A stretch of 63,493 nucleotides of DNA, filler included, from Chiloscyllium plagiosum (lineage: Eukaryota), in NCBI RefSeq assembly GCF_004010195.1. It is 3 parts of one record of this genome, joined end to end, with 100 filler letters (N's around TTAATTAATTAA, not from the genome) between each part and the next. Parts side by side here need not be neighbours in the genome. Positions count along the whole stretch, not along the records: positions 1 to 29,443 come from NC_057713.1; 2 more parts are not named here. One strand, 5' to 3'. The position numbers and the translations under genes are program-made. A model generated the notes under the pieces. The model was given only the letters and a program-made list of their open reading frames with translations, did no database searches and was not told the origin of the DNA. This document shows, piece by piece, positions 1-13,708 of this stretch. The number at the start of each line of letters is the position of its first letter. The first letter of the stretch is position 1.

Positions 1-270
1 CATCCCCTGACTCTAGGTCCCCCTGCGCAAGGGACTGAATATCCTCCCTTACCAACAAGGCCACCCCACCCCCTCTGCCCGTCAGTCTGTCCTTACAATA
101 GCACGTGTAGCCTTGAATATTCATTTCCCAGGCCCTGTCCACTTGAAGCCACGTCTCAGTTATCCCCACAATATCGTATCTGCCAATTTCCAAAAGAGCC
201 TCAAGCTCATCCATCTTATGTCTAATGCTTCGTGCATTCATGTATAGTATTTTTAATTTGTTACTGCTCT
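1..270 (-). mobile_element. CR1-clade LINE ORF2 fragment, APE endonuclease N-terminus (runs off window)
   Basis: Minus-strand translation LYMNARSIRHKMDELEALLEIGRYDIVGITETWL...GRGGGVALLVRE matches APE endonuclease motifs of CR1 ORF2. Confidence 0.85.
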
Positions 271-277
271 CACCCTT

Positions 278-570
278 ACAGACAAGGTATTTTCCCCAGG
301 GTGAAGAAGTCACAAACTAGAGGGCAAAGGTTTAAGGGGCAATGTTTTCACACAGAGGGTAGTGTGTGTATGGATGAATTGCCAGAGGAAGTGATGGAGG
401 CTGGTACAATTACAATATTTTAAAAACATCTGGATGGATATATGAAGAGTTCAGAGGGACATGAGTCAAATGCTCGCAAATGGAACTAAATTAATTTAGG
501 ATATCTGGTCGGCATGAAAAGGTTGGGTGGAAAGGTCTGTTTCCAAGCTGTACATCTGTATGACCCTAAG
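278..570 (+). mobile_element. CR1/HER1-type LINE 3' end fragment
   Basis: Encodes TRGQRFK..ELPEEVMEAGTI; carries the same 3' UTR as the other CR1 copies in the window. Confidence 0.8.
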
Positions 571-1257
571 CACTTTGTCACATGCTGTTGCACAAGATGC
601 ATGGCTGTCCGACTATCTCTGATCATATTTTTTCTGCACTAGCACGGACATGTTAGACGAGAGTAAAAGTCCAGGTAAAATTCTGAGTTGCCTGCAGAAT
701 TCTCTCGTGGGGATACACAAATTGCTGAATTATAATCCAAGATTAGTTTTGTTTTACTATTTTTCAATTTTAGATTGCATATCCATGGTGGATATTTTGT
801 AGATTTATTATTCTGCCCTGATTGCTTCAGGTATCTGGTTTCACAACATGGTTCTCCAACTATTACCATCCTTGAAAACAACATCTTGGGTTTTAATCTT
901 AAATCTTATACCTGTTCTGCTTAAACTATTTGTGTTACTTCCTTTGTCTCTCTCTCTTGTTCTACCCCTTCAAATTTTACTAGTCACTACGAAATGTTTA
1001 GTTTTTCTCTTGCCAAAGGAAACATCTCTTGGTGATCATTTACAAATGTTCTTGTGTTGGCTTTTCTTAAAACTGCAGTGTGTGTTTGTCCAACTAATGC
1101 TCATCATAGAGTCCAGAGTCTGTTTCTATGTTGTATAGCTCTTTTGGTGCAACTCATTCACGCCGAATGGGTTTCCCAAACTGAACTAGTCCCATTTGCC
1201 TGCTTTTGACTCATATCCTTCAGAATCTTCCCTATTCATGTTTCTTTACTGTGTTGC

Positions 1258-1471
1258 CTTCAGTTTTGCTTCCAGTCTTGTATTCCAACTCTCATCCATA
1301 CAACATTAACTAGATGTAGCATTTTTCTAATCTTTCTTTTTCCATAGAAAGCATTCTTATTTCTACAGCTGTCTGATATTTTTGTGAAGGTTTGCTTTGC
1401 AAATTAATTGTACTTCCTGGTGCCTTAATAACTTGGAGAGTTGGAATACAAGACTGGAAGCAAAACTGAAG
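1258..1471. repeat. Perfect 36-bp inverted repeat with 142-bp spacer in FBXO43 intron
   Basis: CTTCAGTTTTGCTTCCAGTCTTGTATTCCAACTCTC (1258-1293) is the exact reverse complement of 1436-1471. Confidence 0.9.
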
Positions 1472-1676
1472 AGCTTCATGTTTATTGTAAAACTCAATGC
1501 TTTTAAGGCATATTCATAAAATTTACTAAAACATGGATCCTTGATTGAAATGAAAAATTTGAAGGCCACATTTACAACATGTAGATGTATCTGTTAGTAC
1601 AGTGGTGCATAAACAAAATCTTTTTCCTAGAGATTAACTTTATAAAAAATGGCTGGGGACCAAAAACTGCACATAC

Positions 1677-1779
1677 CATTCTTTGAATTTGAATTTCGTC
1701 CAAATAGTCCTTCCCTCTAAGGTATGATGCCTGATCTTGCTTGACAATTTTCTTCCAGATTTTGCTCACCATTCTTATT
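1677..1779 (-). CDS. FBXO43: FBXO43 (EMI2) coding exon, C-terminal half of F-box
   Basis: CAG acceptor and GTATGT donor; 103 nt; phase-compatible with the upstream exon (AG|A = Arg); encodes IRMVSKIWKKIVKQDQASYLRGKDYLDEIQIQRM, similar to the EMI2 F-box VSRNWREIVVQD segment. Confidence 0.88.
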
Positions 1780-1989
1780 CTGGCATGAATATACAAGCAT
1801 TTCATTTGCAAAACAAAATGGCATCAAGCAAAACACAGTATGGGCAAATGACATTTAAAGCAAATATTCAGTGCTTCTCAGACAGGAGATAGGCACTCTA
1901 GTTAATTTCAGGCAATAAAGCTTTCTGCTGACATTCACATCCCATGAACAAATGAAAATTAAGTTGAGGTATGGTTTGTTTGGAGCGGG

Positions 1990-2038
<49 letters not shown>
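1990..2038 (+). repeat. (GA)n microsatellite
   Basis: About 24 GA units seen directly. Confidence 0.95.
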
Positions 2039-2041
<3 letters not shown>

Positions 2042-2396
2042 TAATAAAATGCAGTTACAGCCTTTGAAACAGAAAACTTTAACCTTGCTAATATGGATGG
2101 TGAAGCTATTGAGAAGAGGCACAAAAAGAATCCCTATTATTCCAAGAGTACAACAATTTGCAGAAGTCATACAACAGTAAGTTTACTACACATCAGAGTT
2201 CATAATTTTTTGGAGGATAATATAAAAGTCTGTTGAATAACCAGTTAGAAATATATAGCGAAAGAATTAGAGAACACTGCATATTGTTAATTTTTAACTG
2301 AAATGTACAAATGTAAATAAAAGGCTTTTAAAGTGTAAGAAGATTCTTCAGTTCTAACTAACACCAACTGGTTTTCTGGAATGGAATACATCTTAC

Positions 2397-3902
2397 CTGT
2401 CGAGATCACGTATGGTTAAGTGGCACAAAATTGTAGCAAGAACATGGGTCAGATTTCTGCTCAATAGTTCTTTTAGGATATCCACTTTATCCAAACCCAT
2501 TTTTCTGCCAATGAGTCTACACAGTGATGGCATAGATTCACTCAATGTCTTTTCCTCTGACTGATGGGGATCATGCACAGCGGCATCTCTAAGTCTTTTT
2601 CTTTTTCTCATGCACATTTCCTGTACTAACTTTAAAGCAGGAGTGCAAGAGAAATCCTTCAATTTTAGAGGTTCCTCACAAATTTCTTCCTCAAACACGG
2701 ATTCATTTTCTTTAATGCAAGATTCTAAGTTGCAGTCTGACCTCAGTAGAAAAGCTACTCTATCTTCATCATCTGCCTCTGACTGGGAACCTCGCTCACG
2801 AAGAGTGGATAACCGCTTAGTTCTTTCAAAGCTTCTTTGGGAATTTTTGCAATCTAGCATCCTGGGTGTTCTTTTTTGGTTTTGCACCAACTCTTGGAGG
2901 GAGCACTCATGGTTTGAAAAGGAATCAGATTTTTCAAAGCCAATAGAATTGTAGCCACTGTCCTCAGTTGTTGAGATATTTAATTTGCCATCTGATGCAG
3001 TTCTGGATAATGCCCTCTCTGCTGAGTTTATACTGGGGTTCATTACAAAGCTGTTCACTGGAGTAAGGAACTGGTTGTCTTTATGTATTTCAGATTGCCC
3101 ATGGTTTGATGGTGATGTAAAAGGCTCAGTTGAAGTGCATTCATCATAGTCTTCAGGAAAAGAGAAACTGCTCAAATCAAGCTTACTACTTAGAGTGGAT
3201 TGCTCAAGGGTTATGTATTCAGCAGGTACTAACTCATTTTTATCCTGCAAGTCATCTATTGTAGAGGTACGCTGCTGTGCAAATAAATATCTTTTAGTTC
3301 TACATGAAATGCCACTTTCCACGCTGTTTAAAGTGCTTGTTGCCAAAGCTTTAGAGTTAAAGTCCTCAGGTGAGTCCAGTGGACTATCTGAACAAAAAGA
3401 GTCTTTATAACCTTTTCTGGTACAAGACAATTCCATCACACTGGCTTCATTCGATTGGCTAAGAGTTCCACATAATTCTACGCTTCCACTTGAGGACAGG
3501 TGCGACTCAAGAAGTCGCCGCCGTAATGCAATTGTTTTATAAATTCTCCTAGGGGTTTCAAATTGAGCTGGTAAAGTTAAATCAGTTCTTTTCTGATCAC
3601 CCCATTTTCTTTCAACTGAAAAGGATGATGACCTACTAGCAGACAATCGATTTTCATTGCACACTACAGGAGACATGCTGGCCAAAAGGGATTCAAGCTC
3701 TTCTACAGTTCCGCTGGAGTAATTAACTGAGGGAGTTGTGCTTTCTATTTCATCATAGGTACTGTGCTGTTCTAATAATCGATACCCAGATTTAAAACTT
3801 TCAGTATGATGAGTCACTTGTTGCTCAGAGCCAATTGCCAAATCACAAGAATGCTTCAGTAATCGCAACATCTTGGCACAAAGGACAACACAACATCCAG
3901 TC
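2397..3902 (-). CDS. FBXO43: FBXO43 (EMI2/XErp1) large coding exon: regulatory N-terminal region and start of F-box; probable ATG at 3871
   Basis: 492-aa ORF with EMI2 hallmarks QQRTSTIDD, EDSGYNS, RLSTLRERGSQSE and LIGRKMGLDKVDILKEL..LTHVLATIL; polypyrimidine/TAG acceptor ending at 3903; GTAAG donor at 2396; SPAG1 nearby as in human 8q22. Confidence 0.93.
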
Positions 3903-4224
3903 CTATGAGAAAAAAAAACAGACTTGTATTAAAACATTCAATTAATAATTACATTTTGCCATTTTAAAAACTTGGAACAAATCCAGAATTTTCATGCAAA
4001 TGTAATGGAACAGCATTGACCTTCAGTAAATGTAGAAATTTACCACGTAGCAATATGGCTATCTTATATTTTACACTTGGTGGTTGCACTTTTCTTAAAG
4101 CTTGATCCCAACTATTGCTTCATATCTGACTGTATGATTTGCAGCAACTAAAATAAGTAATGCGATTTAAAAATTGAATGTAATCAATTATTTTGCAAGT
4201 TTTCACTCAAGAATTAAACTTCAT

Positions 4225-4868
4225 ACAGGATGGAGGCGGACTAGGATGTAGATGTGCATTGACCAGAGAAAGTGGTAGTATAGATGCAAAGCATACAGTA
4301 TCCTGGCCTTCGTTAATAGGAGCATAAAGTACAAGAGCAAGGAGCTGAAGCTGAATTTGGACCAGACACTTGTTCTACAGTGCAGGGACAGGAGGGGTAG
4401 GATTTGAATGCATTGGAGACTGCAGAAGAGATTTACTAGAATTGTTTTAGGAATGAGAAACTTCAGCTATGAAATAGATTAAAGAGGCTGGAACTGCTCT
4501 CCTTTAGAGAGAAAGCAACTAAGATGAGATCCAATAACTTTGATAATCTTGATATGGAGAAACTGTTTCTGCATATTAAAAAAGGATCAAAACTGACAGG
4601 GTACAGATTAAACATAACTTGCAAACTTAGCAAATGTGATAAAAATCTTTTTTAAATACTATGGTTACGGTCTGGAATGCACTGCCTAGAGGTTTGGGTG
4701 GGGAAAGTTCAATCAATGGGAATCGTTTGGATAGTTTAAATTGAAATAATATGCAAGGCCATGAGGTAAACACAAGAAGATGGCACTAAATTAAAGTGGT
4801 CAATGTCCTGGTGCAGACACGATTGATCGAATGGCTGCTATCTGCATCATAACAGTTATGACTCTAAG
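4225..4868 (+). mobile_element. Old degenerate CR1 3' fragment
   Basis: Decayed similarity to the CR1 ORF2 C-terminus and 3' tail ending ATGACTCT. Confidence 0.6.
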
Positions 4869-5517
4869 GTTCAGGATTACCTGGCAAGATAATAGAAGTA
4901 CCAAGTTCTAAAGGAAGGAACCGTGGAGAACATTTTATGGGACCGGATTCTTCCTGATTTGCCCAAATGTAAACACATCATCATGCAAATGTCAAAGCAA
5001 GAAAGAAAGAAAGCTGGAAATACTCAGGTCAGGCACCATGTGTGAACAGAAACTTGACACATCAGATCATTGACCTGTTATTTCAGTCTTCCAGCATCCA
5101 GAGTATTCTCTTTTGCATCATGTAAATGTGGACAGGAATGAATGGAATGCCAAAGACACATATCTGTAGGCTAGCTTGGAGTCCAAAAACATGTTCAAAT
5201 CACTCATCCTTTCAGTTATTTACAGAATATTTAAGCGGGTCACCCCTTTCCTCAACTCCACCGGAAAGTTTGACTCATTTACAAAACAAAAATGTGAACA
5301 GAAAAGTGCTTAATTTACAAAAATGAAATTCCCTGCTATCTAAACAAATAAGTGAAAGAAAAAATAAAATTGGATACCTATATACAATTAATTTCTGTGT
5401 ATTCCACATTCCTCACTGTGGCTTTGGACTTGGATTTATGGCATACTCCAGTTCCAAATTTTGAAACTAATGCTGTGATTAACTACCATCTCACAAACTT
5501 TGAGAAAGAAACCAAGA

Positions 5518-7008
5518 TGAAGTGATTACTGAGCCCCTTGCTGAGATATTTGTATCATGATATTCACAGGTGAGGTGCCGGAAGACTGGAGGTTGGCTAA
5601 CCTTTAAGAAGGGTGGTAAGGACAAGCCAGGGAACTATAGGCCAGTGAGCTTGATGTCAGTGGTAGGTAAGTTGTTGAAGGGAATCCTGAGGGACAGGAT
5701 GTTCATGTATTTGGAAAGGCAAGGACTGATTAGAAATAGTCAACATGGCTTTGTGCATGGGAAATCATATCTCACAAACTTGATTGAGTTTTTTGAAGAA
5801 GTGACAAAAAGGATTGATGAGGGCAGAGCGGTAGATGTGATCTGTATGGCATTCGACAAGGTTCTCCATGGGAGACTGGTTAACAAGGTTAGATCTCATG
5901 GAAGCCAGGGAGAGCTTGCCATTTGGATACAGAATTGGCTTGAAAGTAGAAGACAGAGGGTGGTTGTGGAGGGTTGTTTTTAAGACTGGAGGCCTGTAAC
6001 CAGTAGAGTACCATAAGGATCGGTGTTGGGTCCTCTACGTTTCATCATTTATATAAATGATTTAGATATGAACATAGGACGTACAGTTAGTAAGTTTGCA
6101 GATGACTCCAAAATTGGAGGTGTAGTGGACAGCAAAGAAGGTTACCTCAGATTACAACAGGATCTTGATCAGATGGGCCAACGGGCTGAGAAGTGGCAGA
6201 TGAAGCTTAATTTAGATAAATGCGAGGTGCTGCATTTTGGGAAAGCAAATCTTAGCAGGACTTATACACTTAATAGTAAGATCCTAGGGAATGTTGCTGA
6301 ACGAAGATCTTGAAGTGCAGGTTCATAGTTCCTCAAAAGTGGAGTCACAGGTAGATAGGATAGTGAAGGTGGTGTTTGGTATGCTTTCCTTTATTGGTCA
6401 GAGTATTGAGTATAGGAGTGGGAAGGTCATGTTGCAGCTGTACAGGACATTGGTTAGGCCACTTTTGGAATATTGCGTGCAATTCTGGTCTCCTTCCTAT
6501 CAGAAGGATGTTGTGAAACTTGAAAGGGTTCAGAAAAGATTTACAAGGATGTGCAAGGGTTGGAGGATTTGAGCTATAGGGAGAGGTTGAATAGAGTTTG
6601 GCTGTTTCCTGGAGTGTCAGAGGCTGAGGAGTGACCTGATAGAGGTTTATAAAATCATGAGGAGCATGGATAGGATAAACAGACAAAATCTCTTCCCTGG
6701 GGTGGAGGAATCCAAAAGAAGAGGGCATAGGTTTAGGGTAAGAGGGGAAACATATAAAAGACACCAATGGGGCATTTTTTTCATGCAGAGGGTGATACGT
6801 GTATGGAATGAGCTACCAGAGGAAGTGGTGGAAGCTAGTATGATTGCAACATTTAAAAGGCATTTTGATGGGAATATGAACAGGAAGGGTTTGGAGGGAT
6901 ATGGGCCGGGTACTGGCAAGTGGGACTAGATTGAGTTGGGATATCTGGTTGGCATGGACGAGTTGGACCGAAGGGTCTGTTTCCGTGCTGCATATCTCTA
7001 TGACTCTG
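5518..7008 (+). mobile_element. 5'-truncated CR1/HER1 LINE (RT domain to 3' end), frameshifted
   Basis: [33 protein letters not shown] motifs; 3' tail CTCTATGACTCT. Confidence 0.95.
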
Positions 7009-8146
7009 TGATGAGGGCAGAGCAATAGATGTTGTTTACATGGACTTTAATAAAGCCTTTGACAAAGTTCTGCATGGTAGACTAATTTGTAAAGTTAGAT
7101 CACATAGGCTGAGCTTGCCAATTGGATACTAAATTGGCTTGATTGCAGAGACAGAGTGTGACAGTTGAGGGTTGTTTTACAGACTAGAGGCCTGCGACCA
7201 GCAGTGTTCCACAGGGATCAATGCTGGGTCCACTTTGGTTTGTCATTAACATAAATGATTTACAGGCAAATATAGAAAGCATGGTTAGTAAGTTTGCAGA
7301 TGACACCAAAAGTGGTGGTAAAGTGGACAGTAAAGTAGCTATCTCGGATTACAAAGAAATCTTGATCATTTGGATCAATGGGCTGAAGAGCAGCAGATGG
7401 AGTTTGATGTACAAATGTGAGGTATTGTATTTTGGTAAACAAATAAGGCAAAACTTATACAGTTAAAGTTGGGGCCTTGGGTGGTATTGTAGAACATACA
7501 GACCTAGGGGTTCAGGTACATAATTATTTAAAGTTTGCATGACATATAGATAAGGGTGGTTAAGGCGACATTTAGTATGCTTTCCTCAAGTGCTCAGATC
7601 TTTGAATATGGGAGTTGGGACATTATGTTGAGATTGTACAAGTCTTTAATGAGGCCTCTTCTGGAGTAGTGTCTAGTTTTGATTGCCTTGTTATCGGAAG
7701 GACATTAGTAAGCTGGAGAGGGTTCAGAAAAAAATTGCCTGAATGTTGCTGGGAACGGAGAGTTTTCACTGAACCATAGGAAGTTATGGGGTGACTTTAT
7801 ATAGGTTTATAAAATCATGAGAGCCATAGATAAGGTGAATGGCAGGCGTTTTTTTTCGCTAGGGGAGGGAAATCAAGACTAGAGAGAATATCTTTAAGAC
7901 TAGAAAAGACTTAAAAAAAAAGACATGAAGGGCATTTTTAAAAGAAAAACAAAATGCAGTTCGTGTGTGGGTTAAACTTCCAGAGAAGTGGTTGATGCGA
8001 GTATATTTGCAACATTCAAAAGACATTCAGATGAATGTGAATAAGTAGTGTTGGGAGGGATATGGGTCAAGCGCAGGCAAGTGCGACTCGTTTAGTTTGG
8101 GATAATGGTCAGCATTGACAAGGGACTGTTTCTGTGCTGTATGCCT
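7009..8146 (+). mobile_element. Second, older CR1 LINE in tandem
   Basis: PQGSMLGP and SKFADDTK motifs; degenerate 3' tail. Confidence 0.85.
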
Positions 8147-9194
8147 ATTGGAAACAAATGAAAATACAAACTACATGGAAAGAAGGAAACAAAAACAAAA
8201 CAGTTCTTTTTAATTCTGCAATTTGTGATGATCTCAGTTATATCAATATTGGACGAATCAGATGTTGGTTAGGATCTGGCTCAATACAGCACATCATTTG
8301 AAGAATCACTACTATATAACTACTTGACTAAAACAAATACAAGTAGTAATAACTAACCAAATTTAATTAAAGAAAGGTAATGATTCAAACAATACACACT
8401 TCTACCTTAACTCAAATGTAACAGACTTAGGCCACAGTTAAAACAAAATCTGGTCTTTCTTGTGACTTGTGCTTGGAAGGAAGTGGTTTATTCTGGGTGT
8501 CTGACAGCTTAAATCGCAACCCATGTCTGAGGTATATCCCAACAATGCAGCTTGCTCATTCAAGTTGATGCATCACTGACACAAATACCACAACCCACCA
8601 GACACAAATAAACATTACCTTGGCATCTACCCCATGCAGGGAATTCTTTCTTTACAGAGCTTTTATCTCTTTCTAACTTTAAAAAAACAAGCCCAGATTT
8701 TTCATTTCAGCCTCTGCATCTCCAATGACCTCTACAGCAATCTCAGGACTTTCTCAGTTCTAAAACATTTTTTCACTCATTCAGTACTTCAAGTATTGTT
8801 TGCAAGGGTATGGATATATCTCTGGCTGCTTTAGATAATACCCAGAACCGTCATACTTTGGTTTACTATGACTGAAGAATGTGTGTTATGGTGAGGAGCA
8901 GAATCAACAAGAGAGCTAGGCCACAAGATTTTCTTAAAGTTGAACTCACTTTTCTGAGTTTTTAAAATATTGGCGACTTTTCCTTCAGTTCAGTATCAAT
9001 TGTTCCTCCCAAAAGTAGACCTGTGTACTATATATGCTTTTCAGCTCAATTATGTTAGAAAATTCTTATTGTTCGCTAACTGCTGTAACATAACAAAAAT
9101 TCTGATTTGACTGAGTAGCAGACTGAATATAAACTCTAAGAGTAATGATCCAAATCAAAGATGGTAATATAGAAAGTGTAAAAGTAAATCATAA

Positions 9195-9882
9195 TAGAGT
9201 CATAGAGATGTACAGCATGGAATCAGACCTTTCGGTCCAACCTGTCCATACTGACCAGGTATCCCAACCCAATCTAGTCCCACCTGCCAGCACCCGGCCC
9301 ATATCCCTCCAAACCTTCCTATTTATATACCCAAAATGCCTCTTAAATGTTGCAATTGAACCAGCCTCCACCACATCCTCTGGCAGCTCATTCCACACAC
9401 ACACCACCCTCTGCATGAGAAAGTTGCCCTTTAGGTCTCTTTTATATCTTTCCCCTCTCACCCTAAACCTATGCCCTCTAGTTCTGGACTCCCTGACCCC
9501 AGGGAAAAGGCTCTGTCTATTTCTCCTAACCATGTCCCTCAGGATATTATAAATCTCTATTAGGTAACCACTCAGCCTCCGACGCACTAAGGAAAACAGC
9601 CATAGCCCATTCAACCTCTCTCTATAGCTCAAATCCTCCAACCCTTGCAACATCCTTGTAAATCTTTTCTGAACCCTTTCATGTTTCACAACATCTTTCT
9701 GATAGGAAGACCAGAATTGCACACAATATGCCAACAGTAGCCTAACCAATGTCCTGTACAGCTGCAACATGACCTCCCAACTCCTGTATTTAGTACTCTG
9801 TCCAATAAAGGAAAGCATACCAAACACCTTCTTCACTATCCTATCTACCTGCGACTCCACTTTCAAGGAGCTATGACTTTGC
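9195..9882 (-). mobile_element. CR1 LINE 3' fragment
   Basis: 231-aa ORF of the CR1 ORF2 C-terminus (YCVQFW, TRGHRFRV, WNELPEDVV). Confidence 0.93.
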
Positions 9883-11749
9883 AAATTGCATGTAATTGAA
9901 AGTAACCTTGATGATACAAGTTTGTTAATGTATTTGAGAGATAGAAAACTGATGTTTAAACATTAAAACACATTTAATAGGATAAAGAGTGTAACTATTT
10001 ACCAATAGGAAAAATGAAATACTAAATTCAGAAGGGTTGAGGATCAACTAAAAAAGTTGGAGCCACACATTTTTGAGAGCAAAGTCATGTAAGAGCTTTG
10101 GTGATGCACTCGAGTTATTAACCTTTCTGTATTCATTAGAGGGAAAATGTATGATTAAAACTTTGTTCATTCTGAAGAAGCTACCAACTCAAGTTCTCCA
10201 AATGTATAATACTGCTACCAATTCAATAAAACAACATGCATATTGTGTTAACCAATCATCCATGATTGAAGTGGTACCTCAATTTTATCTTTGAAGTACA
10301 TGAGAAAAGCACCACACATCATCCACCATCACACACACACACACAAAGAGGTAGTGGAAATGTGGAATTCAAGCCCAATTGGAATTGACTGATGTGTTCA
10401 GGATTCAGAATGGCAGATTTTTGCCACTCAATAGATAAGGAGCAAAGGCAGCTAACTGTGGAGGTACAGATAACCCAATTTGGCAGATGAGACTCTAGGG
10501 GTTGAATTGGCCTATCACTGTTCTGATATTTTTGTATAATAAAAAAAAAGTGTGCACTTCTGCTGATTATTTGCACTATGAACTGTGCCACACATAAAAT
10601 TTGCTGAGCTTCTCTGCTGATCAATAACTTTTATAGGTCAGAAACCTGATCAAGATTAATCATCTGCCCGCACCCACAAACAGTCTTTTCACTAGAAGTC
10701 ACAATTTTTGCAGAAAATGGTATAATATATACCCAGTGTGCATTGCAACTATTTAAAGTTTATTTGGACAGAGAAAAAAAAAATCAGAACACATGTCATC
10801 AGTTTTTGTGCACAACCATGTGTGTTAAAGCTTTGATGGGAAAGAAGAGAGGACAGATAGAAAGTTCAAATAAAGTGCCTCCTCAACAATATTCAAGTCG
10901 TGCAAGTATGAATAGTAACACTTCACAATTAAAAAAGAAACAAGGATATACTTTCTTCATATCAAGTCACATATTTTACAAATTTAATGTACTTTATTAA
11001 TCAACCAAATATTACTTTAAATAGTAGTGGTTGAAAAAAAGTTTTCATCACACCAAATGTTGAATTTGTGCTTGACAGCACACCCGACCCCCTTCATAGC
11101 TTATATGTTCAAATAAATGTTTTCAATTCAGACTTTCTACTGTATTTACAATGAGCAAAATGTTCAAGATACCAGCAACTCCACATTCAATTAAGGATTC
11201 TTCATGTGCTTGCAAAAACAAAATCCAGAGTCTAACCAACGACATGGTAGCTTTCCTGCCCATTACATTTTCTTTATAAATATTACAACAGGCCAAATAC
11301 GTTCCAGCAGGACCAATCCATGTGATAAGATACTTCAGCTCCCACCCAGAGCAAGACAGCATATTATGGCAATAATCATAAATCAGTTAACAACACAGAC
11401 CAGATTAAAATCTGAGATCATCCAAATTTTTACAAACAAAAATTATGAAGGTGATGATGGGTTTTGGTATACCCCAACCTCTGATGAGTAAAAAATATAC
11501 ATGGATGTTTAGACTACTCCTTGAAAGGCTTTAAGCATTCCTTATAGACGACTAGTGAAGGTGTAGCAAGTACAGAACACGGCCCCATACCAGCACCAGT
11601 TCGACTTCCCATGGGAGTGCAATAATCCCCTTATTCAGGATAGGACAGCACGAGCAGCCACCACCTACAAGCGAAAAAAAAAGAAATACTGTAACAAACT
11701 CCAATAAAGATCAAAATTGGACTGGAATTTTTAAGAGAGTCGGGGCAGA

Positions 11750-13615
11750 GTGTAGTGAGGATCACCAAGGAAAAGGTGCTGGGGAAGCTGAAAGATCTGA
11801 AGGTGGATAAATCACCCAGACCAAATGAACTACATCCCAGAGCTCTGAAGGAGATGTTTGAGGATATTATACAGGCATTGGTGGTGATACTTCTGGAATT
11901 ACTAGAGTCAGGGAGAGTCCTAAAGGACTGTAAAATGGTTGATGTAACACCATTAAAAAGGGAGGCAGGCAGAAGACAGAAAGCTATAGCCCAGCAAGCC
12001 TGACCTCAGTTGTTACTAAGATTCTAGACTCCATTATTAAGGATGAGGTTGCAGAGTATTTGGAAGTGCATGGTAAAATAACACCGAGTCAGCAAGGCTT
12101 TGTCAAGGAATGGTCATGTCTGACAAATCTGTTAGAATGGAGTAGGTAACAAACAGATTAGGCAGTGGGCATGATCTATTATGATTTCCAGAAAATTTTT
12201 GATGAGATACTGCACTGGAGGCTGCTGAGTAAAATATGAACTCCATGGCATTAGGGGCAAGCTATGGCATGGGTAGAGGATTGGCTGACAGGCAAAAGGC
12301 AGAGAATGGGGATAAGAGATAGCAGCCAGTAAGTAGCGAAGTTTTACTTGGTTCAGTGTTGGGACCACAACTATTCATATTATACATTAACAATCTGGAT
12401 GAAGGAACTTAGGGCATTTTTGCAAATAACAGATAGGTGAAAGGACAGGTGGCATTGGGAGGCTGCAGAGGGACTTGAACAAGCAAGGACAGTGGGCAAA
12501 GATGTGGCACATGGAATACATGGTGGGAAAGTGCATTGTAGGAAAATTAGAGGCATGGATTATTTTTTAAATAGGGAAGGGCCTCAGAAATCCAAAGCAC
12601 AAAAAGGACTTGGGAGCCTCGTTCAAGATTCTCGTAAGGTTGGCAGTTAGGAAAACAGGTGCAGCATTTGCATTTATTCCAGCCCTGTTGAAATGAAAGA
12701 CCAAAGATGCATTGCAGAGGCTGCATAAGGCTCAGATCAAACTACATTTGGAATACTGAAGGCAGTTGTGGGCCTCGTATCTAAGGAGATATGCTGGCCA
12801 TGGAGGGATGCAGAGATTTACTGGCCATGGAGGAATGCAGAGATTTACAGGAATGGTCCAGGAGATCAACAGCTTGTCATATGAGGAGCATTTGAGGACA
12901 CTGAATCTGTACTCAATGGAGTTTAGAAACTTACAGAATACTGAGAAGCCTGGATAGTCACACAGTATGGAAACAGACCTTTCAGTCCAACTCACCCACA
13001 CCAATTTTCCTAAACTAATTTGGTCGCACTTGCCTGCATTTGGCCCAGATCCCTCTAAACCTTTCCCTTTTGTATACCTGACACAATGTCTTTTAAATTT
13101 TCTAATTGGACCTGCTTCTGCTAGATCATTCCACATGTCATCCTGGGTGAAAAAGTTGTCTTTCAGCTCTCTTCTAAATCTATTCCTTGCACCTTAAACC
13201 TATGACTAGGGTAGGGGCATTTTGGACTCCCCTAATCTACACAAAATACCTTGGCTATTCACCTTCCCACAGATCCTCAATTTTATAAATCTCTGTAAGG
13301 TCACCTGTCAGCCTCCAATGAAGATATTTTCACTAGTGGGAGAGACTTGGACCCAAGCGCAAGCAGTCGAAGGCACGGCACTTTAAAAATTGAGATAATG
13401 AGGAATTTCTTCAACCAGACCTCCTGGTGCAAAGGCAAGGAGGCCAAGTAACTGAGTGCATTCAAGACAGACAAGTTCTTGATTAGTAAGGGGATCAAGG
13501 TTTGCAGCGAGAAGGCAGGAGAATGGAGTTGAGAAACATTTCAATCATGATCGAACAGAGGAGCTGACTGGATGGGCCGAATCGCCTATGTCTGCTCCTA
13601 TACTTTCTGGCCTTA
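11750..13615 (+). mobile_element. Degenerate CR1 LINE with an inverted CR1 3' fragment inserted at about 12956-13312
   Basis: KVDKSPRPNELHPRALKE motif and decayed RT; minus-strand CR1 tail inside. Confidence 0.8.
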
Positions 13616-13655
13616 ATTTGAAACTACTTTTTGATTCTACTTAAAATAGAGTCAC

Positions 13656-13708
13656 CTTTCAGAATTGCACAGTCGCTCCACCTTTTCCCATCCGTGGACA
13701 TGATACAT
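13656..13708 (-). CDS. FBXO43: Putative FBXO43 exon 1 coding part (MYHVHGWEKVERLCNSE); may instead be entirely 5' UTR
   Basis: AAG|GTGACT donor at 13655; ATG at 13708 gives 17 codons + 2 nt, in frame with the 3902 exon; CpG-rich region downstream of a CCAAT/CDE-CHR-like promoter. Confidence 0.5.

Noticed and set aside
2610..3410. Plus-strand ORFs overlapping the FBXO43 exon
   Set aside because: Antisense shadow ORFs of the real coding exon
12795..12850. Short tandem duplications (27 bp here; also about 40234-40285, 41977-42017 and 42641-42703)
   Set aside because: Two-copy slippage-type duplications; no repeat-spacer array, not CRISPR-like
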